Virus record (IMG/VR): IMGVR_UViG_3300028888_000132
Origin: an uncultured virus (IMG/VR IMGVR_UViG_3300028888_000132)
Lineage: Duplodnaviria; Heunggongvirae; Uroviricota; Caudoviricetes
Direction: 5' to 3' (one strand)
DNA: 20,000 bases
Under the pieces are notes generated by a model. That model was not told where the DNA came from, ran no database searches, and worked only from the letters and a program-made list of their open reading frames with translations. Positions 8,701 through 16,111 of the stretch are shown one piece after another. The position numbers and the translations under genes were made by a program. The first letter of the stretch is position 1; every line of letters starts with the position of its first letter.

Positions 8701-10847
8701 CTCAGGGTGTAATAAGAAGTTCAAATGCTGACCTAATTCATTACAAAGGAGGTGTAAATTATACTATACTTGATTCAAGCAATTATTCAAGTTACGCATT
8801 ACCTATTAGTGGAGGTACACTATATAAAAACACAACTGACGCTCCTCTGTTTATAAAAACGCACAATACATCAGGAGCTTATATTGGTTATCAGTTAAAT
8901 GATGGCACTACTATGGGATTTATAGGTGTTCATGCTACCTATGGTGCAGCCTATGTTAAAAGTGGAACTATATATCCCATACTGCGTTCAGATAATTTTG
9001 GAGATTATGCTTACGCTTTGTATGGAGGTACTGACCTTGCTCCAACATCAACAAACACAATTAATCTTAATGAATTAAAAAGTACAGGAAGTTATTATGT
9101 CAGCACCAACACTCCAAGTCAGTATGTGACTAACAAGCCAGATGATACTCAGAATTATGCTTTCCGTGTATGGGTTTCTGCCCCAGGTGGTACAAGTGGC
9201 TATCGCAGACAGAGATTCCAATACCTTACACAAATGACAATTTATGAGAGGTTCTACAGTACAGATTCAAGCACATGGACTAATTGGTATAAGGTACAGG
9301 GCGATTTAGATGGCGAATATCTAAAACTAACTGGTGGAACAATTACTGGAAATCTAACAGTAAAAAATACATTATATACTGACGCTATTTGTGAGCCTAT
9401 TGCCTACAATGGCTTGCTTGTCTATCATCCTGCAAGTGGGTGGGGTGGCATATCATCAACACAATGGGGTGTAGGCTCTACTGATAGTCAAGGTGTGATA
9501 AGAAGCTCAGATGCTAACCTTATCCATTACAAAGGTGGAACAAATTACACAATATGTGATGGAAGCAACACTTATGTAAGCAGTGGAACTGGATATATCA
9601 ACGGTACAGCTATTACAAAGATTAGCGGTAATGCTGGTACTGCTACCACTTTAGCTACACCTCGCACTTTGTGGGGGCAGTCATTTAATGGCAGTGCAAA
9701 TGTCAGTGGAGATATGTCGAGTGTAGGCACTATTACATCAGCAAACTACACCTTAGCAACAAGTACAACTAATCCGTATTTGAAACTGAGCCATACATAT
9801 AACAGCACTAATTACGACTATTTTATTCAAGGTTATGAAGGTACTATGTGGCTGGGACCGAGTTCATATCCAGTAAAGATAGATAGCAGTGGGAATGTAG
9901 GTATAGGTACAATTCCATCCTACAAACTCCATGTGAATGGACAATTAGGAGTAACCACTGCAAGTCAAGGTACTATGAGGTTTGTTTCATCAGGTTCAAA
10001 AAACTTTATACAAAGTGGTAATGCTGCATTTGATGGTAATGCTGATATGACTATAGGTGGATATTCTGGTCATTTAGGCACTAATCTTAATCTCGAATTT
10101 AATGTAGTAAACGCAACCAGTGTCTTTAAAGTAAAAAGTTACCTGACACTTGGATATGGTGCGGAAGGTATATACTTGACAGGTTCAGGCATTAATTGGC
10201 ATAACACAAGTGATTCATGGACTAAATCTATAATGAGTTTTGCATCTAATGGTGTTGTTACACAGTTGGGAGGTCACTTTGTCCTTGCTGGTGCTCAGGC
10301 TGCAAGTTCAACGGGTAATACAACGCAGATTATTTTCACCGCTTCTGGTGCTCAGCAAGTAGCAATCAGTTCTAATTCAAGTGCATTGATTATCAACCCT
10401 ACATCATCAACCACTACCAAGCAAATTGTATTGGGCGTTGGTTCAGTTGCTTCTACATTTGGCAACTCAATCACTTGTAGTGGCGAAGTTACTGCATCAT
10501 CAGATGGCAGAAAGAAGAACATCATTTCCAACACCAAGTTTAATGTAAAGGACATTGCTTCTGCAAGGTCAGTCTTATTTGAATGGAATGATGGCAGGGA
10601 TGATGATATGGAGAAGAAGATACACGGTGGTAGTATTGCACAGGATTGGTTAGGCAAAGCAGATTCATTCCTTATGCAAGATGAGGATGGATTCTACTCA
10701 ATCAACTACGGTGCATTGGCATTGTGTTCAGCTATAACCATTGCAAGAGAGGTAGTGAAGCACGAAGATAGAATCACACTATTGGAAAAGGAAAATGCCA
10801 AACTGAAAGCAAGGGTGGAAGAACTTGAAGAAAGGAGGATAGCATGA
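2736..10847 (+). CDS. Giant tail protein: Tal/baseplate hub fused to central fibre/receptor-binding region and C-terminal peptidase S74 intramolecular chaperone
   Basis: 2703 aa. N-terminal Tal-like region with LVTRLRAYG motif; coiled coil (LQNRIKYLERQNQQ); fibre modules (GDMFYN...GWIEIQD...AAQDTADGKRRVFV..PTPPYDENDLWV); YLPLSGGNMTG and VGIGT..PSYKLHVNG repeats; knob-like segment at ~9060-9297; C-terminal SDGRKK...IAQD...SINYGAL plus coiled coil typical of S74 chaperones (from 10500). Confidence 0.9.
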   Translation: MGEWLIYGSNGVAKATVKKLEYNGEFMGETIVTCDVYSPSPISFSVGDYLSYRGENFVIDYDATRKKQSRVNTYGNGFVYEGMKFTSYVGELKKCDFLDFVLNDNLQHYSQLPTFDFYAETVEALANRIQANLNRMYTGSNAWTVSVVSGFEGKENVNVQISNIKCFDALKMAYEQFNAQYVIRGRHIYIGTAGASLETTFRYGIGNGLKTIERSVDENDSLVTRLRAYGNTTNLPSNYYANKGRGCYAPIFEVYALYDSGADIHFKPKFANNWFTEKSDANGINYWVSVSLDKKLWVEGVASPNVTVSSVDFSVVSVMAGGNNTTDMYNAFKSQLQSATQNTKLYFSKGVNYTNWKSDWKETDEYMPNMMSIDRLMIPSFPEESTDPYIDSANISSLGIREKSVYFDGSEDELPDIHPSMEGMTAAELRAAGYTIDLDQGDNGNLDEIAADATELDGSAITTNGAFVEVNEVPGFKVTLKDIGFDINSYLSGDTATLSMKSGMCGGRDFTIVKVTKLGNKYVLECQRVGDANYYFPYNPYNIKAGDKFVLTNIEMPNAYIDAASQRLLVAAQEYLAKHSVPQWVYSIKMDDVWMQRQRDDSESESESYYWNIKEGDIMSVQDSDLDINVSEVIDKLTIREGYSPIPEFEVVLRKEKPQGTIGVLQNRIKYLERQNQQQTNTIVRQQDYISLIIGDKLNTIQEQLDHVQVTYFGDYVPALNNEPASTWASSEYSEHDGDMFYNRTTGKGYEFTYKNGTWGWIEIQDEDIRQALEEAAAAQDTADGKRRVFVTPAGTLPTPPYDENDLWVNATYPSDSTSTDESQYKYYNDILKCVTPKAEGGTASINDWTLASKYTDDSSLNNFINGTYAQDLANVRTQTDAKAETWYQSSDPSSAWNTTALKDSHLGDIWLNTTPDANGNTHTYIYRKSGNTYGWQEVNGVPTAVFDMADGKASIYVSKPTKYKKNDLWVIESSISSSDLPTNCVKGDIVISSSNSNSYNKAHWTKKDRYTDDTYAHTFDYISAAIKGKTEVDGGLVLTNTLVLRDVANDGTQGNIMSGINGIIPKSGSTLDYTGIAAWYGGEMIDREKSAVANAAKSLFRFDGSGYVASGNLKWDANGNVTIQGYSINATTLQVGGSNVATESSISTFFANFFDIYNGSTQITYEQYVALQDKSNVSLKAKHGLWTEQFLSALGMNSQGEGGGGTGSVNSIKVATNTYLDPDADGIIDMSSYVSTAADRANWNTAYSQRHTHSNKSVLDGITSAKVTSWDNVAKIMEDDADAIINKWDEIIDFLDGIPDQSSLAEILAAKANTSTTVTNVAYSSKKLQKTINGTTTDIVTASTLFSDGLPTNTTKNYVFAAPSSAAGTPTFRALVYADLPSLYIGKTQVQSTSANQAMTGITSIDALAYFDMTNSRVGIGTSSPSYKLHVNGYTSTTRLYLSSSVYLEYDSTNSGIHVVGAGLYSDSYISALGSNSSGGGSSTFDEAQMWTALQSTSGTYGSEKIATTHIPDMASTYGYLKASSLNGYATQTWVNQQGFLTTHQTLYTLSIYGGTTKVLDFKPNANASIYIKAGGDISLTNDTTNKYITLSYTHPTNGANTTISAASGKVLSAITVNNLGHVTSVSSKTLVSADIPDLSGTYATAARATTLEGYFTNGVANTAAKLNTGTTTYTAWGQTYWSSGVPQSISGNMTSVGSITPSANGNALGTTSARFNIYGTAGNFSGNVSIGGTLGVTGATTLTGLLTANGGIVVPSSKTIKIGDCTISWDSTNSMLKFDTGIYSTGAVSALGSNSSGGGSGTFDEEAMWVALGTTITAKVIASSHIPNLSWAKITSGKPATLSGYGISDAYTKTQVDTALSGYLPLSGGNMTGNITFASNTGFYAKDTGGTSRLAMKLDGTDNLLIGYGTSIGGSNTYIDGNTVYIRYGTSHTTGITLASGGNVTIANRLLVNEITATNSEGLLVYKPSSGWGGISNTQWGAGSADSQGVIRSSNADLIHYKGGVNYTILDSSNYSSYALPISGGTLYKNTTDAPLFIKTHNTSGAYIGYQLNDGTTMGFIGVHATYGAAYVKSGTIYPILRSDNFGDYAYALYGGTDLAPTSTNTINLNELKSTGSYYVSTNTPSQYVTNKPDDTQNYAFRVWVSAPGGTSGYRRQRFQYLTQMTIYERFYSTDSSTWTNWYKVQGDLDGEYLKLTGGTITGNLTVKNTLYTDAICEPIAYNGLLVYHPASGWGGISSTQWGVGSTDSQGVIRSSDANLIHYKGGTNYTICDGSNTYVSSGTGYINGTAITKISGNAGTATTLATPRTLWGQSFNGSANVSGDMSSVGTITSANYTLATSTTNPYLKLSHTYNSTNYDYFIQGYEGTMWLGPSSYPVKIDSSGNVGIGTIPSYKLHVNGQLGVTTASQGTMRFVSSGSKNFIQSGNAAFDGNADMTIGGYSGHLGTNLNLEFNVVNATSVFKVKSYLTLGYGAEGIYLTGSGINWHNTSDSWTKSIMSFASNGVVTQLGGHFVLAGAQAASSTGNTTQIIFTASGAQQVAISSNSSALIINPTSSTTTKQIVLGVGSVASTFGNSITCSGEVTASSDGRKKNIISNTKFNVKDIASARSVLFEWNDGRDDDMEKKIHGGSIAQDWLGKADSFLMQDEDGFYSINYGALALCSAITIAREVVKHEDRITLLEKENAKLKARVEELEERRIA
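6288..8177 (+). repeat. Three copies of a G(L/I)(W/Y)xxxx(L/I/V)SALGxNSxG-Gly-rich linker module in the tail fibre
   Basis: Copies at 6288-6354 (GLWTEQFLSALGMNSQGEGGGG), 7125-7220 (GLYSDSYISALGSNSSGGGSSTFDEAQMWTAL) and 8082-8177 (GIYSTGAVSALGSNSSGGGSGTFDEEAMWVAL). Confidence 0.85.
8625..9569 (+). repeat. Duplicated 53-codon module in the distal fibre
   Basis: 8625-8783 and 9411-9569: GLLVYxPxSGWGGISxTQWGxGSxDSQGVIRSSxAxLIHYKGGxNYTIxDxSN, 43/53 aa identical by hand alignment, with many synonymous changes. Confidence 0.9.
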
Positions 10848-11227
10848 TACTGAAATCTGAAAGTGACAAGAGAATCATAGTACAAGGCAATATCAACGGA
10901 AAGAAGGCATATATGTTGGTAGATACAGGGGCTTCGTGTGGCTTATTGGATAAATCCGCTGTAAAGGAATATAAGTTGGCAGTAAACAAGCACAGAACTA
11001 TCAATCTTGTTGGTGCAGGAGGTAAGTTCAAAGCAAGTATGTGTGATACCCCATTTGTTATAGCTGGCAAGCAGATGTACCAATTTGCAATAGCCAATAT
11101 TAGTTCTGTTGTAGAATCTATAAAGAAGCAGACAGATATAGACATAGCAGGTCTTATCAGCTTACCACAAGCTAAGATGATAGGAATGAGTATAGATACA
11201 GACGACAACTATATAGAGATAGGATAA
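10844..11227 (+). CDS. Retropepsin-like (clan AA) aspartic protease
   Basis: 127 aa. IIVQGNINGKKAYMLVDTGAS catalytic motif, flap-like LVGAGG, degenerate IAGLIS second motif. ATGA overlap with the tail fibre stop; AAGGAGG upstream. Confidence 0.85.
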   Translation: MILKSESDKRIIVQGNINGKKAYMLVDTGASCGLLDKSAVKEYKLAVNKHRTINLVGAGGKFKASMCDTPFVIAGKQMYQFAIANISSVVESIKKQTDIDIAGLISLPQAKMIGMSIDTDDNYIEIG

Positions 11228-11229
11228 GC

Positions 11230-12276
11230 ATGGCAAACTCTAATGGCATAATCAGTGGCAGTGTAAGGCAGATAGCTGATGTCAAGACTGTCTTGGGTGA
11301 GAGTGTGAATACCCTCAGTGGCTTGTGTAAGTCCACGAAGATAAATATGTGGGCAAAATACAAGCCAGTACAGTTTACAGGCACACGCTCTACTACTTGG
11401 TGGAAAGGCAGATTGCTTGATTGTGGGATTGAACCTTATAAGCTATCATCAAGGACAAGTGTTGCTGATATAGTGAATCATTGTGATGGTACTGCTAATG
11501 GGTGGTCATACTACGGAAGACCCAATGGCTCTACATATCCTTATAGGCTATTAGATTTCCAAGGTTATAATCACAATGCCACGCCACCAGTAAATAGCTT
11601 CACTCTTGGAGCAACTACAATAAGCAACAAATCGGGTGACAAGCTGTCGGCATATATTACTATCAGATACAATGCAAGTGGTGATATGCTTTCTCTGTCT
11701 GATATTGATGCCATTTCTCCATGCTATCTTGGTATCTATTGCAGAAGGAATGGTACTACAACTGGCTATGAAGGTTATTGCACAACAACTATAGGCAATG
11801 GCGGTGACTATGTGGAGGTGTCAACTAATGGTTGGACTGCTGGTACATATAAGGTATATCCATTCCTTTCTACGGCAAGCAAGTCGGGTGTTGCTGCTGA
11901 TTTCTACTCTATTCCCATGATGTCACCACCAACGCTCAGTGTTGTGGCAAGCACTGTTTCTATCGGTATATCTAAAGCTACTCGTAGTGGTTTCAATGTT
12001 AGTGTGACTGTCACTATTACCAATAATACATCTGCTTCTGTAACACTGACCAACAACACATGGAGGACAAGACCTAAGTATGAAGCAGAGAATGACCCTG
12101 AGACTGTTGAAGATATGAGTGGAACAATAGCCAATCAGACTGTGGCTGCTGGTGCATCCAAAACAGTGACATTCACCGCAAAGGTCACAGGAGATGCTGC
12201 TGACCCTACTTTTGGTGGAATGATATATGTGTACTTCAAATCTGCAACATATAAGGCGGCAAGAGAGATTATTTAA
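11230..12276 (+). CDS. Putative tail-associated structural protein, paralog 1 (conserved N-terminus, beta-rich/Ig-like C-terminus)
   Basis: 348 aa. LC..INMWAKYKPV...WW.G...CG...W.Y..P.G..YPYRLLDFQGYNHNA motif shared with the next gene; Thr/Ser/Val-rich beta-strand C-terminus. Confidence 0.7.
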   Translation: MANSNGIISGSVRQIADVKTVLGESVNTLSGLCKSTKINMWAKYKPVQFTGTRSTTWWKGRLLDCGIEPYKLSSRTSVADIVNHCDGTANGWSYYGRPNGSTYPYRLLDFQGYNHNATPPVNSFTLGATTISNKSGDKLSAYITIRYNASGDMLSLSDIDAISPCYLGIYCRRNGTTTGYEGYCTTTIGNGGDYVEVSTNGWTAGTYKVYPFLSTASKSGVAADFYSIPMMSPPTLSVVASTVSIGISKATRSGFNVSVTVTITNNTSASVTLTNNTWRTRPKYEAENDPETVEDMSGTIANQTVAAGASKTVTFTAKVTGDAADPTFGGMIYVYFKSATYKAAREII

Positions 12277-12298
12277 CGAATTAAAAGAATAGAGAGAT

Positions 12299-13699
12299 AT
12301 GAGCAGAAATAGCGATAATACATTAATCTACTACCCAGTGAACACATGGGATGTAGCCAAAGTCACAAGGAAAGGCTCTGGCGATGTGGGAACATTGTGT
12401 GGGGCAAATCAGATGATAAACAAGTTTGCCAAATACAAGCCTGTCAGATTGCAGAATGTAATTGATTCCACCGTGATAAATGGGGTGCAACAGCTTAACA
12501 CATCTACTAAGCAATGGCTGAGTACTGCTAACTGGTGGCGAGGCGATGATGGTAAGTGTGGGCTGAATATAAATGTATATGACACTGAATACAAGCTGAC
12601 ACAGGGTTTTGAAAGTGATTGGGGGTATCTTCCTCCAAGAGGCAATAGTGTTACTCCTAAAGAGCCTTATAGACTGATAGACTTCAATTACTACAATCAT
12701 TCAGCGCAAATGCCATTCCGTGCTACAATTATGGGAGATGCTTATGACGAAGATGGATATGCAATATTCTATATCACTAATACTGCTGACAGAAAAGCCG
12801 TGTTTTGCCAATACACTTTCCCACAAGACGACACAGCTGTAAAGATTGAGGACTTGAAAACCAAAGATGGTAAAGGTATATTCCATAACTATGATAATTT
12901 GTATGTAGGCGTTCTAATGACTTTGGGGAAGGTGACACCTACTGCTAATGCTCATGGAGTAATAAAGATTAATCCAAAGCCGATAGGGACTTCTATTAGC
13001 AGGGATGAAGAATGGGGCAACGGATATAACAGGACTATATATCTCACAGAGGGAGAACTCAATGTCATTTCTGGCGGCACATGGTATGTATATCCATTCA
13101 TTACTCCTAATGGTGTAAGGGATGAAGGAGGTGTAGATGTACCTATCAATCCTTGGAATGGAGATATAGGAAAGAATATAACATCTGTTCCTCCAGCTTT
13201 TGGATTGACAAGTATCTCATTGCCAACAACTCAGAATGGCGACACCAATCCACCTGTTGTTATGAAGTCTTCTGTTGGCGGTGCAAACTGTACTACTTCA
13301 ATGACAATCAGCAATCTTACTTGGGCTTCTGGTACTGGTACATTCCAATTCAAGTTTACCATCGTAGCTTCCAATAGTGGTGTATTGGCATTTACCAGTA
13401 CATCTAACTATCACATTTATGTGCTTGACCCAGACGATGTGAATTATCAAGGAGCAGATGGATATTACCAAACGAAAAAGATTCTTGGTGTCATTACTCC
13501 AATGAGCGTGTATATAAATATCCTTGCAGGGTCTTCTGTTACTTATACACAGACACATTGGGATAGCACGGCAACTAACGGTATAATGGTTGCATCAGAA
13601 TACACACCATCCACAAGACCTCAGACAACGAGGTTGCAGATTATGATTGTTTCTGATGATGGCAAATTCCTTGCTTGGGAGAATGTAAACTACAGATAA
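12299..13699 (+). CDS. Putative tail-associated structural protein, paralog 2
   Basis: 466 aa. LC..INKFAKYKPV...WWRG..GKCG...WGYLPPRG..EPYRLIDFNYYNHSA; C-terminus not visibly similar to paralog 1. Confidence 0.7.
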   Translation: MSRNSDNTLIYYPVNTWDVAKVTRKGSGDVGTLCGANQMINKFAKYKPVRLQNVIDSTVINGVQQLNTSTKQWLSTANWWRGDDGKCGLNINVYDTEYKLTQGFESDWGYLPPRGNSVTPKEPYRLIDFNYYNHSAQMPFRATIMGDAYDEDGYAIFYITNTADRKAVFCQYTFPQDDTAVKIEDLKTKDGKGIFHNYDNLYVGVLMTLGKVTPTANAHGVIKINPKPIGTSISRDEEWGNGYNRTIYLTEGELNVISGGTWYVYPFITPNGVRDEGGVDVPINPWNGDIGKNITSVPPAFGLTSISLPTTQNGDTNPPVVMKSSVGGANCTTSMTISNLTWASGTGTFQFKFTIVASNSGVLAFTSTSNYHIYVLDPDDVNYQGADGYYQTKKILGVITPMSVYINILAGSSVTYTQTHWDSTATNGIMVASEYTPSTRPQTTRLQIMIVSDDGKFLAWENVNYR

Positions 13700-13726
13700 C
13701 ATATTAACCTTTAAATATTTAAAAGT

Positions 13727-14023
13727 ATGAGCGAATTTGTTATTAAGAGTTCTACGCTGAACTCAAATTACGAGTTTAAAGATGTGAATATCATCGTAAG
13801 TGGCAACTTCCAAAAGAATGCCAAAGATGGAAAATTGATTAGCATCAGTGGTGAGTGCTACCGCAATGTTGATGGCAACATGGGTGAGAGTTTCGGCTAC
13901 TTCAATGGCTATCCAAGCCCCAACAGTGATGAAATGTCCTATGACCTCTCGCAGATGAAGCGTGCAGACAACAACATTGTTTGGGATGCTATCGAGGCTA
14001 TTGAGGCAGAGGTGTTAAAGTAA
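13727..14023 (+). CDS. Hypothetical phage protein (tail module)
   Basis: 98-aa ORF with an AT-rich Bacteroidota-type leader, co-oriented with the operon. Confidence 0.7.
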   Translation: MSEFVIKSSTLNSNYEFKDVNIIVSGNFQKNAKDGKLISISGECYRNVDGNMGESFGYFNGYPSPNSDEMSYDLSQMKRADNNIVWDAIEAIEAEVLK

Positions 14024-14028
14024 GGAAT

Positions 14029-14082
14029 AAAGGGGATAGGTCAAGGTGATAGCTGACTGACAAGCATTAGCTTCCCCTTTTT
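14029..14082 (+). terminator. Structured intergenic element, possible terminator
   Basis: AAAGGGGA (14029-14036) pairs with TCCCCTTT (14073-14080); inner AGCTGA (14051-14056) pairs with TTAGCT (14067-14072); ends in a T-run. Confidence 0.4.
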
Positions 14083-14162
14083 CAAGTTAAGAAAATCATT
14101 AATCATTAACATAAGCCGATTTTCAAGTTAAAGAAACGGCAAAATATTAACATATAAAGAAC

Positions 14163-14624
14163 ATGAAAAAAGGAGATTTAATCAGCATTTGGCAGCTTGT
14201 TAAAGACAGCAAGTTTGGCAAGATGAGCAGTGAAGGCAAAACAAAGTATGTAAAGATGATTGCTAAGTTAAGCCCTGTGGTAAAGGAGTTTGAAACTTAC
14301 AGAGAAACTATTGCTGAGAAGTTAATGAGTGAGCATGAGAATTTCAAGGAGAACTTACAAGATGCACAGGTGTATGAAGCCTATCAGCAGGACAATACTA
14401 AGGATAAGCCTAAGATGACTGATAAGCAATACAAGGAGTTCACCAAGGTAGTAGAGAAGTACAACAAGGATTTCTTTGCTGCTATTAAGGAAGAGATGGA
14501 TAAGGAGGTAGAAGTGAAGTATGACAAGCTGACCTCTGATGAGTTTGTGGGCTTCTGCGACAGTAATGACTTCACCACTACGCAGGCTTTGGCTTTGAGT
14601 GAGGTGATGAGCAATATTGACTAA
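14163..14624 (+). CDS. Hypothetical helical K/E-rich protein, possible fibre assembly chaperone
   Basis: 153 aa, highly charged and helical. The chaperone role is inferred only from its position after the fibre genes. Confidence 0.65.
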   Translation: MKKGDLISIWQLVKDSKFGKMSSEGKTKYVKMIAKLSPVVKEFETYRETIAEKLMSEHENFKENLQDAQVYEAYQQDNTKDKPKMTDKQYKEFTKVVEKYNKDFFAAIKEEMDKEVEVKYDKLTSDEFVGFCDSNDFTTTQALALSEVMSNID

Positions 14625-14643
14625 CCATAAAAATAAGATAAAG

Positions 14644-14820
14644 ATGAAAAAGTATTTTGTAGCATTATTGTGGCTCATCGTTTACTTGGTGGGCTTGGTA
14701 GGCGGTGTAGGATATGCTGCCTATAGTGGAGCATGGGTAATTGCAATTTGCGTTGCCCTGCTCGGTGTGATGGCTTTTCCTAAAGCGAAGGAAGCCTTCA
14801 AGGTGTTAAGTAATGAATAA
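14644..14820 (+). CDS. Small two-TM membrane protein, possible antiholin or lysis accessory
   Basis: MKKYFVALLWLIVYLVGLVGGVGYAAYSGAWVIAICVALLGVMAFPKAKEAFKVLSNE (58 aa). ATG at 14644 preferred; lies immediately upstream of the holin. Confidence 0.65.
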   Translation: MKKYFVALLWLIVYLVGLVGGVGYAAYSGAWVIAICVALLGVMAFPKAKEAFKVLSNE

Positions 14821-14837
14821 GTAAGGAGGGGGTAGGA

Positions 14838-15362
14838 ATGTCGGATAACAACTTTGGCAACGGACTGATTTGGGTAGCTTTCCTTGACGAGGGGCTGCAA
14901 TGCGTAAGAGATTTGCGCTGGATGATTGTGCTATCAATCGTCCTTATCTTCACGGATTTCTGGTGGGGATGGAGTGAGAGCCGAATGAAGTACAATCGTG
15001 CTACCTCGGACAAAGAACGGGATAAATTGCGCTTCCACAAGAGCAAGGCTATCAGACGGTCTGCCAACAAGTTCGTTGACTACCTGACCTACCTCTTAGT
15101 AGGCTGTGTGCTTGGCATGGCTATCCTTGAACCATTGGGGATATGCTCCCATGTGACAAGCGCAGCCGCAGGTCTTGGTCTTGGCTGCGTGGCTGATGTG
15201 ATGAGCATTATAGGTCACTACTGCGCAGTCAAGGGCATAGACTTCGATGCTTGGAAGTTCTTAAAGAAGCTCGTAGTTGTCTTTGTCAAGAAGAAGGACG
15301 AGGATATGGGCGAGGCATTGGAAGAGACAATTAATACTGAAAGCCATGAAAATAATAATTGA
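14838..15362 (+). CDS. Holin (phage holin family 4-like)
   Basis: 174 aa with about three hydrophobic segments, D-x-W-x-G and SKAIRRSANKFVDY motifs, and a charged C-terminal tail. Directly upstream of the endolysin. Confidence 0.8.
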   Translation: MSDNNFGNGLIWVAFLDEGLQCVRDLRWMIVLSIVLIFTDFWWGWSESRMKYNRATSDKERDKLRFHKSKAIRRSANKFVDYLTYLLVGCVLGMAILEPLGICSHVTSAAAGLGLGCVADVMSIIGHYCAVKGIDFDAWKFLKKLVVVFVKKKDEDMGEALEETINTESHENNN

Positions 15363-15804
15363 CAGGGTTTATAAGTACCCGAAGTACACCGTTGGCGAGG
15401 TGTATGTCAACGGCAACTTTTATTGCTATTCGATGGAAGACACAGACAGAGGTCTTCATGTCGATATGCCTATGAGATATATGAGGGAGAGGAAGATATA
15501 TGGCGAGACAGCTATCCCTTGTGGAACGTATGAAGTAATAATAGACTACTCGCCCAAGTTCAAGAAGTATATGCCCCATGTTCTGTTTAGGAACGATGAG
15601 GACAAGCTGGTCGAAGTGCCTTGCTTTAGTGGCATTAGGATTCATCAAGGAAACACCGACAAGGACACTTTAGGTTGCCTTATGTTCGGGGATTGGCAAG
15701 GTGCTGCCACATTGGTAAAATCTAAACCTATAACGAGCAATCTCATTGATTCGATTCAGAGGGCAAGGAACAAGAAAGAGAAAGTAATCTTAGAAATACA
15801 CTAA
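15346..15804 (+). CDS. Endolysin, DUF5675-like putative L,D-peptidase
   Basis: Start at ATG 15346 (MKIIIDR..YTVGEVYVNG.FYCYSMED). KIYGETAIPCGTY and VPCFSGIRIHQGNTDKDTLGCL with conserved His/Cys; overlaps the holin end. Confidence 0.85.
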   Translation: MKIIIDRVYKYPKYTVGEVYVNGNFYCYSMEDTDRGLHVDMPMRYMRERKIYGETAIPCGTYEVIIDYSPKFKKYMPHVLFRNDEDKLVEVPCFSGIRIHQGNTDKDTLGCLMFGDWQGAATLVKSKPITSNLIDSIQRARNKKEKVILEIH

Positions 15805-15808
15805 ATAT

Positions 15809-16111
15809 ATGGAAAAGTATTTTGTAGGAACGGAATTGAAAATTGCCTTCAAGGTGGAATGTGATGGCTTCAATATGGAGACTGACGAATGGACTGCCAC
15901 CGTCAAGAAAGGCAGCAAGTCTATTGTCTGCGACAAGACTAACAACACGGCACACGATGTAGATGGGTGGTATCTGCTTATAGATTCTACTCAGCTTGGC
16001 AGTGGCAGATATGACCTCATTGTGGATATTGATGTTCCCGATGTCGATTTCCCTGATGGATTAAGGCACGAGACATACAAGCAGGAACTCTTTACCGTCA
16101 GTGGAGTATGA
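15809..16111 (+). CDS. Hypothetical beta-rich phage protein, possible fibre attachment/adaptor
   Basis: 100 aa, GTELKIAFKV...LGSGRYDLIVDIDVPD.DFPDGLR; ATGA-coupled to the next gene. Confidence 0.65.
   Translation: MEKYFVGTELKIAFKVECDGFNMETDEWTATVKKGSKSIVCDKTNNTAHDVDGWYLLIDSTQLGSGRYDLIVDIDVPDVDFPDGLRHETYKQELFTVSGV

Noticed and set aside
8625..9569. Repeat pair as a DGR template/variable repeat
   Set aside because: Both copies are coding, differences are not adenine-specific and are largely synonymous, and no reverse transcriptase is in the window.
14050..14095. Hammerhead or other ribozyme in the structured intergenic region
   Set aside because: CTGACTGA does not match the CUGANGA core and the three-stem junction is not evident.
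14617..14643. TTG start for the 2-TM protein
   Set aside because: ATG 14644 with an A-rich leader and MKK start is more plausible.
15277..15345. Longer endolysin start given in the ORF track
   Set aside because: Non-ATG start deep inside the holin; the family-typical N-terminus begins at ATG 15346.
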